Assembly (NCBI RefSeq): GCF_032444005.1
Contig: NC_091290.1
Location: forward strand, 20,646,001-20,710,000
Source: Ranitomeya imitator
Taxonomy: Eukaryota
Direction: 5' to 3'
DNA length: 64,000 nucleotides
Shown here: piece by piece, positions 24,001 to 38,300 of the stretch
Layout of the letters: each line of letters starts with the position of its first letter
Numbering within the stretch: the stretch's first letter is position 1
Program-made: the position numbers and the translations under genes
Notes under the pieces: generated by a model
What the model was told of the DNA's origin: nothing
Database searches by the model: none
What the model saw: only the letters and a program-made list of their open reading frames with translations

Positions 24001-27000
24001 CTACATAACGTCAGGCCCTCATTCTTTCCATGAAGCCGTTTTCTGACAGCATTTTCTCAAATACGCATACCAATAGCCTGCTGACGGTAATATTATGGGA
24101 CTTTAGCAGTGCTCTTCCTTTTCTTCCATGCACAAAGGAACAGATAGCACATCTATTGGATTGATGCCTTTTTATACCTTTTTCCAGCTTTCTTTACGTA
24201 ATGGCTCATGTTGTGATATCTGCTTGCATGGACGTGACATATTCGAGGAACTTGATTACCTGGATTACCTATACAACTTGATGGGCTTTAGTTACTGCCT
24301 CATGCTACCAGCAGTGACAAGAACACTAACAAAATGGAAAAATAGAAAAGAATCAGTAAGGAAGGTTAACCCCTTAACGACCGCCGATACGCCTTTTAAC
24401 GGCGGTAGTTAAGGGTACTTAAACCATAACGCCGTTAATTAACGGCGCTGTGGAAAAAGTGTATAGCGCCCCACAGAGTCAGATTTTCTCCGGGTTTCGG
24501 CTGCCAAGAGTAGCCGGGCCCCCAGAGAATATGATTCGGGTCATTTTTTACCGACTCCCGGGTTGCGATCGCCGGTAATTAACAGTTTACCGGCAGCCGC
24601 AAAAAAAAGTGCAATTTGCTATTTAATTTCTCTCTCCTCTGATGTGATCGCACATCAGAGGAGAGAGAAATAGGGTCCCGATCCCCCCGGTACTTACCGG
24701 AGTCTCCCGGTGTTCCTGGGTCCTTCCACTTCCTACCCCATGGGCACTGACATCTTTACCCGGAAAAAAATGGAGGGCGCATGTGTAGTGTGCCTGCTGA
24801 GATCTGCCGGCCGATAAACGGCAGATCTTGAGGTCTCGGCTGCCAGGGGTAGCCAAGACCACAAAGTACATAATTCGGGTCAGTTTTTACCGACCTGGTT
24901 TTGCGATCGTCGCTACTAACAGTGTAGTGGCGGCTGCAAAAAAAAAGCCCGATGTGCCATGTACTTTCTCTCTCCTCTGATGTGATCGCACATTAGAGGA
25001 GAGAGAAATAGGGTCCCCGATCCCCCCTTCATACTTGCCAGTGTCTCCAGGTGCTCCTCGGCCCTCCTGCTTCCTCCGGTGGGCGCCGCCATCTTGATCA
25101 GGGAAAAAATGTCGGGCGCATGCGGAGTGCGCCTGCCGAGATCTGCCGCAGGCACCCGGCAACAATAGGAAGATTTTTCCTATTGGTTAATTTTGGTCAC
25201 TGTGATAAACCATACAGTGATCAAAATAAAAATAATTGTAAATAACCCCCCCTTAGTTAGGGAAAAATAATAAAACAAAAAAAAAATTATTTATTTTCAT
25301 TTTCCCATTTGGGTTAGGGTTGGGGCTAAAATTAGGGTTAGGATTAGGGTTGGGGCTAAAATTAGGGTTAGGGTTGGGGCTAAAATTAGGGTTAGGGCTA
25401 GGGTTGGTCTGCATTCCAAAACGACGCTCCTTCCCTTTTGAGCTCTGCCGTGCGTCCAAACAGTGGTTTACCCCCACATATGGGGTATCGGAGTACTCAG
25501 GACAAATTACACAACAACTTTTGTGGTCTAATTTCTCCTGCTACCCTTGTGAAAATAAACATTTGGGGGTGAAAAGATCATTTTTGTGGAAAAAATGTGA
25601 TTTTTTTATTTTAACGGCTCTACGTTATAAACTTCTGTGAAGCAGTTGGGGGTTCAAAGTGCACACCACACATCTAGATAAGTTCCTTATGGGGTCTAGT
25701 TTCCAAAATGGTATCACTTGTGGGGGGTTTCCACTGTTTAGGCACATCAGGCGCTCTCAAAATGCAACATGGCATCTGATCTTAATTGCAGCCAATTCTG
25801 CAATGAAGACGTCAAATGGCGCTCCTTCTCTTCAAAGCTTTGCCGTGCGCCCAATCAGTGGTTTACCCACACATATGGGGTATCGGTGTACTGAGATAAA
25901 ATTGCACAACATCTTTGGTGGTCTAATTTCTCCTGTTACCATTGTGAAAATAAAAATTTTGGGGTGAAAAGATCATCTACACTTAGTCCTCTGACATCTT
26001 TTAATAATAGAAATATAGTTATGGTACCTGTACTGTAACTCGGGGTCCAGTGGTCCATTGAAATAAGAATGAGACTTTGATCCATCTCCCACAAGAACAC
26101 TTATCATATTTGACTGCCCAGAACTCACAATCTGTTCTTTCTCCAATATATAGGTGACATAAGTGTCGGTGAGCTTGTTCTGAAAATCATTGTATGTTTT
26201 AGATAAAATTCCTTTACGTGGATGGTCATCTAAAAAAAAATAGCTTAGATTCATTACATAGAAGATACTCTAGCAAACCATGATTGTGTTATAAGATGTG
26301 CTCACCTGCCACATTTTATGTTTTGGAATGAACACACTGCAGAAACATTATATAGGCAATAATCTAATATATAATTGCCTAGAATACTACTTCCTGCAAT
26401 TTGTGCCAACTTCCGTGGCTTTGTCCGGAGCTAATGTCCGGAGCTAATGTCCGGAGCTAATGTCCGGAGATAAGTGACGTCAACAGTGTCCAGTGTCTGA
26501 TTGGTTGCCGCCTGCTGCGAGCGACCAATCAGAAACGTGCCGTACTGTGACACACTCCGCCCGCCATTTTGGTGTGATTTTTGAATTTTTACCTCACAGC
26601 AAGTTTCTACTGCGTGGAGGCGGGCCCAGTGACGTTGCTCTTCAAGCTCCTGCCGAATTTCGTCAAAAAAATGATAATACCATTTACCAAAACTATATAT
26701 ATTTAGTTGTGAAGTGGTTCAGTGACATTTTCACACCAATTTTGAACTTTTGTTTGGTGTTTTCTCCATATACTGCCTATTATTTTTGTTCTTTCTTACT
26801 ATTATTTATTAATTGTATTATTCTTACATTTGAATAAATAAAGTATATATGGATTCTAGACTCCCGATTCTTTAGAATCGGGCTGCCATCTAGTTCTATA
26901 TGATATTCATTCCTAGCCCAGTTCATGAGACACCCCTCTATTTACACCCTTACTATTTAACAGGGAATGAGGTTGCCCTACGTCTATCGATGGCTGGCAT

Positions 27001-30000
27001 GCTACATTCATTCAATATATCTATAGTGTATTTCAGTAGAAAACCTAGCTCTTACCGGTCATCTCTGTTGTTACTATAACAGCATACGCCACAACAGGTC
27101 CATTTGAATTGTCAAGAGGCGAGAACGTAACATCTATTGAATTCCCTAGTTCAGACTGACTTAACACAATGTTGTTTTTAGTAAGACCTGTGGATAGATC
27201 ATAGATAAAATATGTTCATTGGATTGAAAATATCCAAATTTAACATAGTAATATATTTTTATACTATTCCTTTTATAGTAAAATCTTTAAACGGAATTTG
27301 CCACCCCACAAATGCTAATTGATAACTGTAACATACCCGTAAAAGAAGGTTTCACATAGTCGATTCTTGAGATTTCATTAACAGAATTTATATTTTTCCT
27401 TGTTAATACAGAGGAAGGATCCATGTAACTTGTGAAAGATACCATAGATTTTTCTTCATTGATGGTGTCTGTGTTTGTGTCATACTTGATGTTATTAAAT
27501 TCAGCAATACTGACCCTAAAAATCAGAAGATAATTTTATAGTTAGTGTGTTTTGTTAAAGGGGTTGTCCACTACATTCTATAATGCCCCCACTGATTTAA
27601 ACCTTCTAAATAAGTGTTTTTGTAAAAAAAACTTTTCTTGTCACCTGTGCAGTGAGCGGCACTATCGCTGACCGCTCAGTCGGCATCACGTGATTCCGAC
27701 TGCAGCCGCCACTGATGTCACGTCAAGTTGCAGAATGCCTTGCATCACCTGGGCATAACCCATTTGTGCACACCAATGGGGGTGGGTGGTGATTCACCGC
27801 ACGTCACAGCCCAGTATCCAGCACGCTTGCGGCTAATGAAAGTATAGGAGAGAGGGCAAGTGCACACTGCATGCTGGTGTCATGCTGCTGCAATGCAGGT
27901 AGGTGCAGGCTTCACTAAATGGCAGTAGAGAGGAAGCAGGTCTGCACCTAAACAGAGCTGACCTGCAGTGAGGCTACCACGGGTGGCATCAGAATAGTAA
28001 AACAAGCCGGGTCAAATCCTAGACTGTAGTGCAGTACTAAAGGAATAAGCAAACACGGTCAGAGACAAGCCAGGGGGTCAGTAACGGTCAGGAGCAGAAA
28101 AGCCAAGAGACAAAGGACAGAAACAGGTCAAGATACAAGCCAAGTTAAAGCCAGGGAGTCTGCACACTAAAGGGAAGCACTGAGTCAAGATTGGAATTGG
28201 GGAAAACAGCGACATGGGTTCAGACAGCAAACACAGCAAGAACAAACAGAGCAATTCCAGTCAGCTACAGCAGCACTAAGCAAAAATTATAACTGACATA
28301 GCCTGCAGGAAGCAGCGGCGATAGTCAACGTGAACCCAGACAAATTCGGGCCATATGATGCTGTGCGTTTTTCTACACTAGGAGGAACCCAGGTCTTACA
28401 ATAGCTCTAAGGATTTTGTCAGCAAAGGACCGATGACTCCCACATGAAGATTTACAGAACTCTCCAATTACTGTATATGCTTCCCAAGACCATCATTAAC
28501 CCAGGCCCTCATACATTCCATGGAGCCATTTTCTGACAGTATGTTCTGAAACACGCATACCAATAGCCTGCTGAAGGTAATATTATGGGACTTAAGCAGT
28601 GCTCCACCTTTTCTTCCCTGCACAAAGGAGCAGATAGCACATGTACTGGATTGATGCCTATTTATGGCAATTTTCAACTTTCTTTACATATTGGCTCATG
28701 TTGTGATATCTGTTTGCATGGACATGACATATTCGAGGAACTTGATTACCTGGATTACCTAATACAACTTGATGGGCTTTAGTTACTGCATCATGCTACC
28801 AGCAGTGACAAGAACACTAACAAAATGGAAAAATAGAAAATAATCAGTCAGGAAAGTTAAATAGATTTTAACTCTTTGGACCAAGGCTGGCGAATGGCGA
28901 AACCATTCCCTTTTTGGGAGTTGTTTTGTTGTTGTCCCTTTCATTAATTCCAGACCAAGTGAAATTAATTCACAATCGCTTGTGCTTTCTAACTGTGCAG
29001 TTTGATATCCCTGAAGTGTAATTGACTTGGGCCTATGCTGTGATATGCAAATGTTCTCTTAATCTAATGAGCAGTGTATCGATAAACCATCAGTGCTTTA
29101 TAAGAAGTAGGCATCAGATAACTTGGAAAATCAATAGCTAGACTTAGTCCTCTGACGTCTTTTAATAATAGAAATATAATTATGGTACCTGTACTGTAAC
29201 TCGGGGTCCAGTGGTCCATTGAAATAAGAGTGAGACTTTGATCCATCTCCCACAAGAACACTTATCATATTTGACTCCGCAGAACTCACAATCTGTTCTT
29301 TCTCCAATATATAGGTGACATAAGTGTCGGTGAGCTTGTTCTGAAAATCATCGTATGTTTTAGATAAAATTCCTTGAGGTGGGCGGTCATCTAAAAAAAA
29401 AAGAGTTTAGATTCATTACATAGAAGATACTCTAGCAAACCATGATTGTGTTACAAGACGTGCTCACCTGACATCTTTTTATATTTTGAAATAAACACAC
29501 TGCAGAAACATTATAAAGGCAATAATTCTATATGATATTCATTCCCAGCCCAGTTCATGAGACACCCCTCTATCTACACCCATATTATTTAACAGGGAAA
29601 GAGGTTGCCCTACGTCTATCGATGGCTGGCATGCTACAATCGTTCAAAATATCTACAGTATATTTCAGTAGAAAGCCTAGCTCTTACCGGTCATCTCTGT
29701 TGTTACTACAACAGCATACGCCACAACAGGTCCATTTGAATTGTCAACAGGCGAGAATGTAACATCTATTGAATTCCCTAGTTCAGACTGACTTAACACA
29801 ATGTTGTTTTCAGTTAGACCTGTGGATAGATCATAGATAAAATATGTTCATTGGATTGAAAATATCCAAATTTAACACAGTAATATAATTTTATACTATT
29901 CCTTTTATAGTAAAATATTTAAAGGGAATTTGCCAACCCACAAATGCTAATTAATAACTAACTTACCCGTAAAAGAAGGTTCCACGTAGTTGATTCTAGA

Positions 30001-32308
30001 GATTTCATTAACAGAATTTATAGTTTTCCTTGTTAATACAGAGGAAGGATCCATGTAACTTGTGAAAGATACTGTAGATTGTTCTTCATTGATGGTGTCT
30101 GTGTTTGTGTCATACTTAATATTATTAAATCCAGCAATACTGACCCTAAAAATCAGAAGATAATTTTATAGTGTGTTTTGCTGTAGGAGTTGTCCACTAC
30201 ATTCTATAATGCGGCCACTGATTTAAACCTTGTAAATAAGTATTTTTATTATTATTGTTTATTATCAGTGGCGTAGGAAAGGGGGTGCGGGGGGGGCGGG
30301 CCGCCCCGGGCGGCACAATGTGGGGGCGGCTATCAGCGCGGCTGCGCGCACTCATTCTCTGCTCCTTCCTCCCAGCATTATGAGGACTGGAGCAGAGCGC
30401 TGGCAGTGCGCGCGGCCGTGCAGAGTTGCTGGCTGCAGTGTAGCAGGGGCACACAGTCACACACGCTGTGACTCACCCCCGCACCTGCAGTCAGCAGCAG
30501 AAGCTCCGATCCCGCCCCTCCAGCAGCGTCACAGCTCTCACAATGTGAAGAGCCATGGAGGGGCGGGGCTAAATGTCGGGGGCGGAGCCACGGACAAGCA
30601 GGAAGAAGAGGCAGAAGGAAATATGAAAATCAGAGCGGGAGACAGAAAAGATGTGAGAACAGAGACAGAAAACAACAGAGAGGCAAGACACAGGTGAGAA
30701 GTATATATGTATATACAGTGGGGCAAAAAAGTATTTAGTCAGTCAGCAATAGTGCAAGTTCCACCACTTAAAATGATGAGAGGCGTCTGTAATTTACATC
30801 ATAGGTAGACCTCAACTATGGGAGACAAACTGAGAAAAAAAAATCCAGAAAATCACATTGTCTGTTTTTTTAACATTTTATTTGCATATTATGGTGGAAA
30901 ATAAGTATTTGGTCAGAAACAAAATTTAATCTCAATACTTTGTAATATATCCTTTGTTGGCAATGACAGAGGTCAAACGTTTTCTGTAAGTCTTCACAAG
31001 GTTGCCACACACTGGTGTTGGTATGTTGGCCCATTCCTCCATGCAGATCTCCTCTAGAGCAGTGATGTTTTTGGCTTTTCGCTTGGCAACACGGACTTTC
31101 AACTCCCTCCAAAGGTTTTCTATAGGGTTGAGATCTGGAGACTGGCTAGGCCACTCCAGGACCTTGAAATGCTTATTACGAAGCCACTCCTGCGTTGCCC
31201 TGGCGGTGTGCTTTGGATCATTGTCATGTTGAAAGACCCAGCCACGTTTCATCTTCAATGCCCTTGCTGATGGAAGGAGGTTTGCACTCAAAATCTCACG
31301 ATACATGGCCCCATTCATTCTTTCATGTACCCGGATCAGTCGTCCTGGCCCCTTTGCAGAGAAACAGCCCCAAAGCATGATGTTTCCACCACCATGCTTT
31401 ACAGTAGGTATGGTGTTTGATGGATACAACTCAGTATTCTTTTTCCTCCAAACACGACAAGTTGTGTTTCTACCAAACAGTTCCAGTTTGGTTTCATCAG
31501 ACCATAGGACATTCTCCCAAATCATCCAAATGCTCTCTAGCAAACTTCAGACGGGCCCGGACATGTACTGGCTTAAGCAGTGGGACACGTCTGGCACTGC
31601 AGGATCTGAGTCCATGGTGGCGTAGTGTGTTACTTATGGTAGGCCTTGTTACATTGGTCCCAGCTCTCTGCAGTTCATTCACTAGGTCCCCCTGCGTGGT
31701 TCTGGGATTTTTGCTCACTGTTCTTGTGATCATTCTGACCCCACGGGGTGGGATTTTGCGTGGAGCCCCAGATCGAGGGAGATTATCAGTGGTCTTGTAT
31801 GTCTTCCATTTTCTAATCATTGCTCCCACTGTTGATTTCTTCACTCTAAGTTGGTTGGCTATTGCAGATTCAGTCTTCCCAGCCTGGTGCAGGGCTACAA
31901 TTTTGTTTCTGGTGTCCTTTGACAGCTCTTTGGTCTTCACCATAGTGGAGTTTGGAGTCAGACTGTTTGAGGGTGTGCACAGGTGTCTTTTTATACTGAT
32001 AACAAGTTTAAACAGGTGCCATTACTACAGGTAATGAGTGGAGGAAAGAGGAGACTCTTAAAGAAGAAGTTACAGGTCTGTGAGAGCCAGAAATCTTGAT
32101 TGTTTGTTTCTGACCAAATACTTATTTTCCACCATAAAATGCAAAAAAAATTATAAAAAAAACAGACAATGTGATTTTCTGGATTTTTTTTTCTCAGTTT
32201 GTCTCCCATAGTTGAGGTCTACCTATGATGTAAATTACAGACGCCTCTCATCTTTTTAAGTGGTGGAACTTGCACTATTGCTGACTGACTAAATACTTTT
32301 TTGCCCCA

Positions 32309-32360
<52 letters not shown>

Positions 32361-35300
32361 CATCATTGTCTAAGGGTCGCACTTCCGTCTTTCTGTCTGT
32401 CCTTCTGTCTTTCTTTCTTTCACGGATATTCATTGGTCGCGGCCTCTGTCTGTCGTCGCTGATTGGTCTCGGCAGCTGCCTGTCATGGCTGCCGCGACCA
32501 ATCAGCGACGGGCACAGTCCGATTAGTCCCTCCGCTGCAGTCAGTGCCCGGCGCCTGCTCTATACTCCCCACAATCAGCGCCCGCTCCATAATCCCCTCC
32601 AGTCACCACTCACACAGGGTTAATAGCAGCGGTAACGGGCCGCGGTGTAATGCACTCCGTTACCGCTGCTATTAACCCTGTGTGTCCCCAACTATTTACT
32701 ATTGATGCTGCCTATGCAGCATCAATAGTAAAAATATGTCATGTTAAAAATAATAAAAAAATGAAAAAACCTGCTATACTCACCCTCCATCGCCTTTCCC
32801 GCTCCTCGCAACGCTCCAGTGCCCGCTCCATGCAAGCGGCAGCTTCCGGTGCCAAGGATGGTATGTGAGAAGGACCTGCCATGACATCACGGTCATGTGA
32901 CCGCAACGTCATCACAGGTCCTGCGCTCATACCAACCCTGGGACTGGAAGCTGCCTCGTGCGATACAGGGCCAGAATTCATCAGAGGGTGAGTATATGTT
33001 TATTTTTTATTTTAAGTCTGTATACTACGTGGCTCTGTGCTGTATACTCCATCACTGGGCAATATACTACGTGGCTGGGCAATATACTACGTGGCTGGGC
33101 AATATGCTACGTGGGCTGTGCAATATACTACATGGCTGTGTTATATACTACGTGGCTGGGCAATATGCTACGTGGGCTGTGCAATATACTACATGGCTGT
33201 GTTATATACTACGTGGCTGTGTTATATACTACGTGGCTGTGCTATACGCTATGTGGGCTGTGCTATATACTGCGTGGGCTGTGTTAAATGCTATGTGGCT
33301 ATGCTATATTTCTCTGCTGTATCTGCATCATGAATCATGCTATGTGTTAAAGGGGGGGCCCACTGAGACTCTTTCGCCCGGGGCCCTCTAAAACCGCGGC
33401 CGGCGCTGCAGCTCTTTAACGCTATTGACGTGCGGGCCCGCGCCCGTACGTCAATAGTTAACAACAGCCACCAGCCATTTGGAGGCTGGCAGCTGAAGTC
33501 GGCCGCAGCGCACACGTCGACGGCTTCTGACGTCATTGTCAGTCGCCGGCGAGTGCACGCTTCAGCTGCGTGGAGAGAGCAGGAGCGCGGTCAGGTAAGC
33601 AGAACTTGTTTTTTTTTTTTTGCAGACCCTATCATGTGTGCTGCCCTATTTTTGGTAACCTTTATGTGTATTGAGCCGAGGGGGGGGGGGGGGGCGCCAA
33701 ACTCGGGAGCAGCCCCGGGCGGCAAAAGCTCTAGCTACGCCCCTGTTTATTATTATAGTATTATTATAGTATTATAATATTATTTTTATAAATTCCTTTT
33801 GTTGTCATCTGTGCCTCTGAGCGGCGCTATCGCTGACCACTCAATCGTCATCAGGTGATACCGCCTTTTGCCACTGATGTCACGTCAAGTTCCTGAATGT
33901 CTTACATCACCTGGGCGTGATCCATCAGCGCACACCCATGGGGATGGGCGGTGTTTCACTGCACATCACAGCCCAGTATCCAGCGCGCATCACAGCCCAG
34001 TATCCAGCGCGCTTGTGGCTAATGAAAGCATAGGAGAGAAGGAAAGTGCACACTGGATACTGGGCAGTGATGTGCTGTGAAACACCGGCTACAGTCCAGT
34101 CATTCAGGAGGGGTGCGTGCAACTGGGTCACGCCCGGCTCCTGCAATGCATTTTGGAACCTAATGTGACATCAGTGGATGTCAGCGGCAGCTGCAGCCGG
34201 GGTCAGGTGATGCCGAGTGAGAGATCAGCGATAGCGCGTTCACAGGCGCAGATGACAACTAGAGGTATTTATAAAAATAAAGAGGTTAAGAGATTTTAAC
34301 TGTTTGGACCACCACTGGTGAAAACCATTCCCTTTTTGGGGGCTGTTTTGTTGTTGTCTCTCCACTTGTTGTCACTTTCATTAGTTCTACGGCAAGTGAA
34401 ATTAATTCACAATCGGTTGTGCTTTCTAACTGTGCAGTTTGATATCCCTGAAGTGTAATTGACTTGGGCATATGTTGTGATATGCAAAAGTTCTCTTAAT
34501 TTAATGAGCAGTGTATCGATAATCCATCAGTGCTTTATAAGAAGTAGGCATCAGATAACTTGGAATATCAATATCTAGACTTAGTCCTCTGATGTCTTTT
34601 AATATTAGAAATATAGTTATGGTACCTGTACTGTAACTCGGGGTCCAGTGGTCCATTGAAATAAGAATGAGACTTTGATCCATCTCCCACAAGAACACTT
34701 ATCATATTTGACTGCCCAGAACTCACGATCTGTTCTTTCTCCAATATATAGGTGACATAAGTGTCGGTGAGCTTGTTCTGAAAATCCTCGTATGTTTTAG
34801 ATAAAATTCCTTCATGTGGGCGGTCATCTAAAAAAAAAAACAGATTAGATTCATTGCATAGAAGATGCTCTATACACACCATGATTATGTTATAAGATGT
34901 GCTCACCTGACATTTTTTATATTTTGGAATAAACAGACTGCAGAAACATTATAAAGGCAAAAATTCTATATAGTATTAATTCCCAGCCCAGTTCATGAGA
35001 CCGCCCTCTATTTACACCCATACTATTTAAGAGGGAAAGAGGTTGCCCTACGTCTATCGATGGCTGGCATGCTACATTCATTCAATATATCTATAGTGTA
35101 TTTCAGTAGAAAGCCTAGCTCTTACCGGTCATCTCTGTTGTTACTACAACAGCATACGCCACAACAGGTCCATTTGAATTGTCAAGAGGCGAGAATGTAA
35201 CATCTATTGTATCCCCAAGTTCAGACCGACTTAACACAAGGCTGTTTTCAGTAAGACCTGTGGATAGATCATAGACAAAATATACCGTATTCCAAATTTA

Positions 35301-38300
35301 GCATAGTAATATTTTATTATACTATTCCTTTTATAGTAAAATCTTTAAAGGAAATTTGCCAGCACCCAAATGCTAATTAATATCTGTAACATACCCGAAA
35401 AAGAAGGTTCCACATAATCGAGTCTTGAGATTTCATTAACAGAATTTATAGTTTTCCTTGTTAATACAGAGGAAGGATCCATGTAACTTGTGAAAGATAC
35501 TATAGATTGTTCTTCATTGATGGTGTCTGTGTTTGTGTCATATTTGATATTATTAAATTCAGCAATACTGACCCTAAAAATCAGAAGATAATTTTATGGT
35601 TAGTGTGTTTTGTTAAAGGGGTTGTCCACTACATTCTATTATGCCTGGGGAATATGAAGGACAGGCAATGACATCAGTGCCTTCGTTATACCGGAACAAT
35701 GAACAAATTTGGGCCATATGATGCCTGGCATTTTTCTGCACTATGAGGAACCCAGGTCTTACAATGGCTCTAAGGATTTTGTCAGCAAAGTACCGCTGAC
35801 TCTCACATGAAGGTTTACAGAACAATCCAAAGATATGCTTCCCTAGACCATCATTAATCCATTGCCCAACTGGCCATCCTGAATGATTATGCAGGCAATA
35901 TAATGTTCACCATGGTGTCTGTAGACTCTTTCTTGTCTGCCAAGGGTTCATTGTGACCTCCTCTCATCTGAGAAGAGAACAGGATGGTAATGGACCTGCA
36001 TATTCTGGTGTTTTCTGTTGAATGTCAATGAACCTGCATGATTCTGCTACATGACGTCAGGTCCTCATTCATTCCATGGAGCCGTTTTCTGACAGTATGT
36101 TCTGAAACACGCATACCAACAGCCTGCTGAAGGTAATATTATGGGACTTTCGCAGTGCTCCTTCTTTTCTTCCTTGTGTTAAGGAGCAGATAGCACATCT
36201 ATTGGATTGATGCCTTTTTATGGCAATTTCCAGCTTTCTTTATGGAACAGCTCATGTTGTGATATCTGCTTGCATGGACGTGATATCTTCGAGGAGCTTG
36301 ATTACCTGGATTAACTATACAACTTTATGGGCTTTCATTACTGCATCATGCTACCAGCAGTGACAAGAACACTAACAAAATGGAAAAATAGAAAAGAATC
36401 AGTCAGGAAGGTTAAAGAGATTTTAACTGTCTGGACCACCATTGCTGAAACCATTCCATTTTTGGGAGTTGTTTTGTTGTTGTCTCTTTCATTAATTCCA
36501 GAGCAAGTGAAATTAATTCACAATCGCTTGTGCTTTCTAACTGTGCAGTTTGATATCCCTGAAGTGTAATTGACTTGGGCATGTGCTGTGATATGCAAAT
36601 GTTCTCTTAATCTAATGAGCAGTATATCGATAAACCATCAGTGCTTTATAAGAAGTAGGCATCAGATAACTTGGAATATTAATAGCTAGACATAGTTCTC
36701 TGACGTCTTTCAATAATTGAAATATAGTTATGGTACCTGTACTGTAACTCGGGGTCCAGTGGTCCATTGAAATAAGAGTGAGACTTTGATCCATCTCCCA
36801 CAAGAACATTTATCATATTTGACTGCCCAGAACTCACGATCTGTTCTTTCTCGAATATATAGGTGACATAAGTGTCGGTGACCTTGTTCTGAAAATCCTC
36901 GTATGTTTTAGATAAAATTCCTTGAGGTGGGTGGTCTTCTAAAAAAAATTAGCTTAGATTCATTACATAGAAGATACTCTAGCAAATCATGATTGTGTTA
37001 TAAGATGTGCTCACCTGCCATTTTTTTAAATATTTTGGAATAAACACACTGCAGAAACATTATAAAGGCAATAATTCTATATGATATTCATTCCCAGCTC
37101 AGTTCATGAGACACCCCTCTATTTATACCAATACTATTTAACAGGGAAAGAGGTTGCCCTACGTCTATCATTGGCTGGCATGCTACAATCATTCAATGTG
37201 TCTACAGTGTATTTCAGTAGAAAGCCTAGCTCTTACCGGTCATCTCTGTTGTTACTATAACAGCATACGCCACAACAGGTCCATTTGAATTGTCAAGAGG
37301 CGAGAACGTAACATCTATTGTATCCCCAAGTTCAGACTGACTGAACACAATGTTTTCAGTGAGACCTGTGGATAGATCATAGATAAAATATGTTCATTGG
37401 ATTGAAAATATCCAAATTTAACATAGAAATATTTATTTTTATACTATTTATTTTACAGAAAAATCTTTAAAGGGAATTTGCCAACCCACAAATGCTAATT
37501 AATATCTGTAACATACCCGTAAAAGAAGGTTCCACATAGTCGAGTCTTGAGATTTCATTAACAGAATTTATAGTTTTTCTTGTTAATACAGAGGAAGGAT
37601 CCATGTAACTTGTGAAAGATACTATAGATTGTTCTTCATTGATGGTGTCTGTGTTTGTGTCATACTTAATATTATTAAATCCAGCAATACTGACCCTAAA
37701 AATCAGAAGATAATTTTATAGTTAGTGTGTTTTGTTAAAGGGGTTGTCCACTACATTCTATAATGCCCCCACCGATTAAACCTTCTAAAAAAGTCATCTG
37801 TGCCTGTGAGCGGTGCTATAGCTGACCGCTCAGTCGGCATCACACGATCACGGCTGCAGCCGCCACTGATGTCATGTCAAGTTCCAGAATGCCTTGCATC
37901 ACTTGGGCGTGACCCATTTGCTCACACACATACGGGCGGGCGGTGTTTCACCGCACTTCACAGCCCAGTATCCAGCGCGCTTGCGGCTAATGAAAGCATA
38001 GGAGAGAAGGAAAGCGCATTCTGGATTCTGAGCTGTGATGTGCGGTGAAAAACTGGCCACAGTCCAGTCAATCAAGAGGGGTGGACGTGAAGGGTCACGG
38101 CCAGGTCATGCAAGGCATTCTGGGACTTAACGTGACCCAGCGGATGTCAGCGGCAGCTGTAGCCGAGGTCACGTGATGCCAAGAGGTTGTTGTCACTTTC
38201 TTTAATTCCAGAGCAAGTGAAATTAATTCACAATCACTTGTGCTTTCTAACTGTGCAGTTTGATATCCCTGAAGTTTAATTGACTTGAGCATATGTTGCG

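Larger units (their letters stand above)
30266..33745. mobile_element. Composite non-autonomous hAT-like element containing the Tc1 copy
   Basis: TIRs CAGTGGCGTAG / CTACGCCCCTG and 8-bp TSD TTTATTAT (30258-30265, 33746-33753). Confidence 0.75.

Noticed and set aside
29064-29261. Recurring ORFs [10 protein letters not shown]...HWTPSYSTG (also 34501, 36612, 38337, 42459, 12510, 49135) as a small-protein family
   Set aside because: They are alternative reading frames of exon B running into intron; the spliced frame explains the conservation.
32897-33391. Tyr/Cys/Trp-rich ORFs of 98-164 aa
   Set aside because: Translations of a minisatellite with no coding signal.
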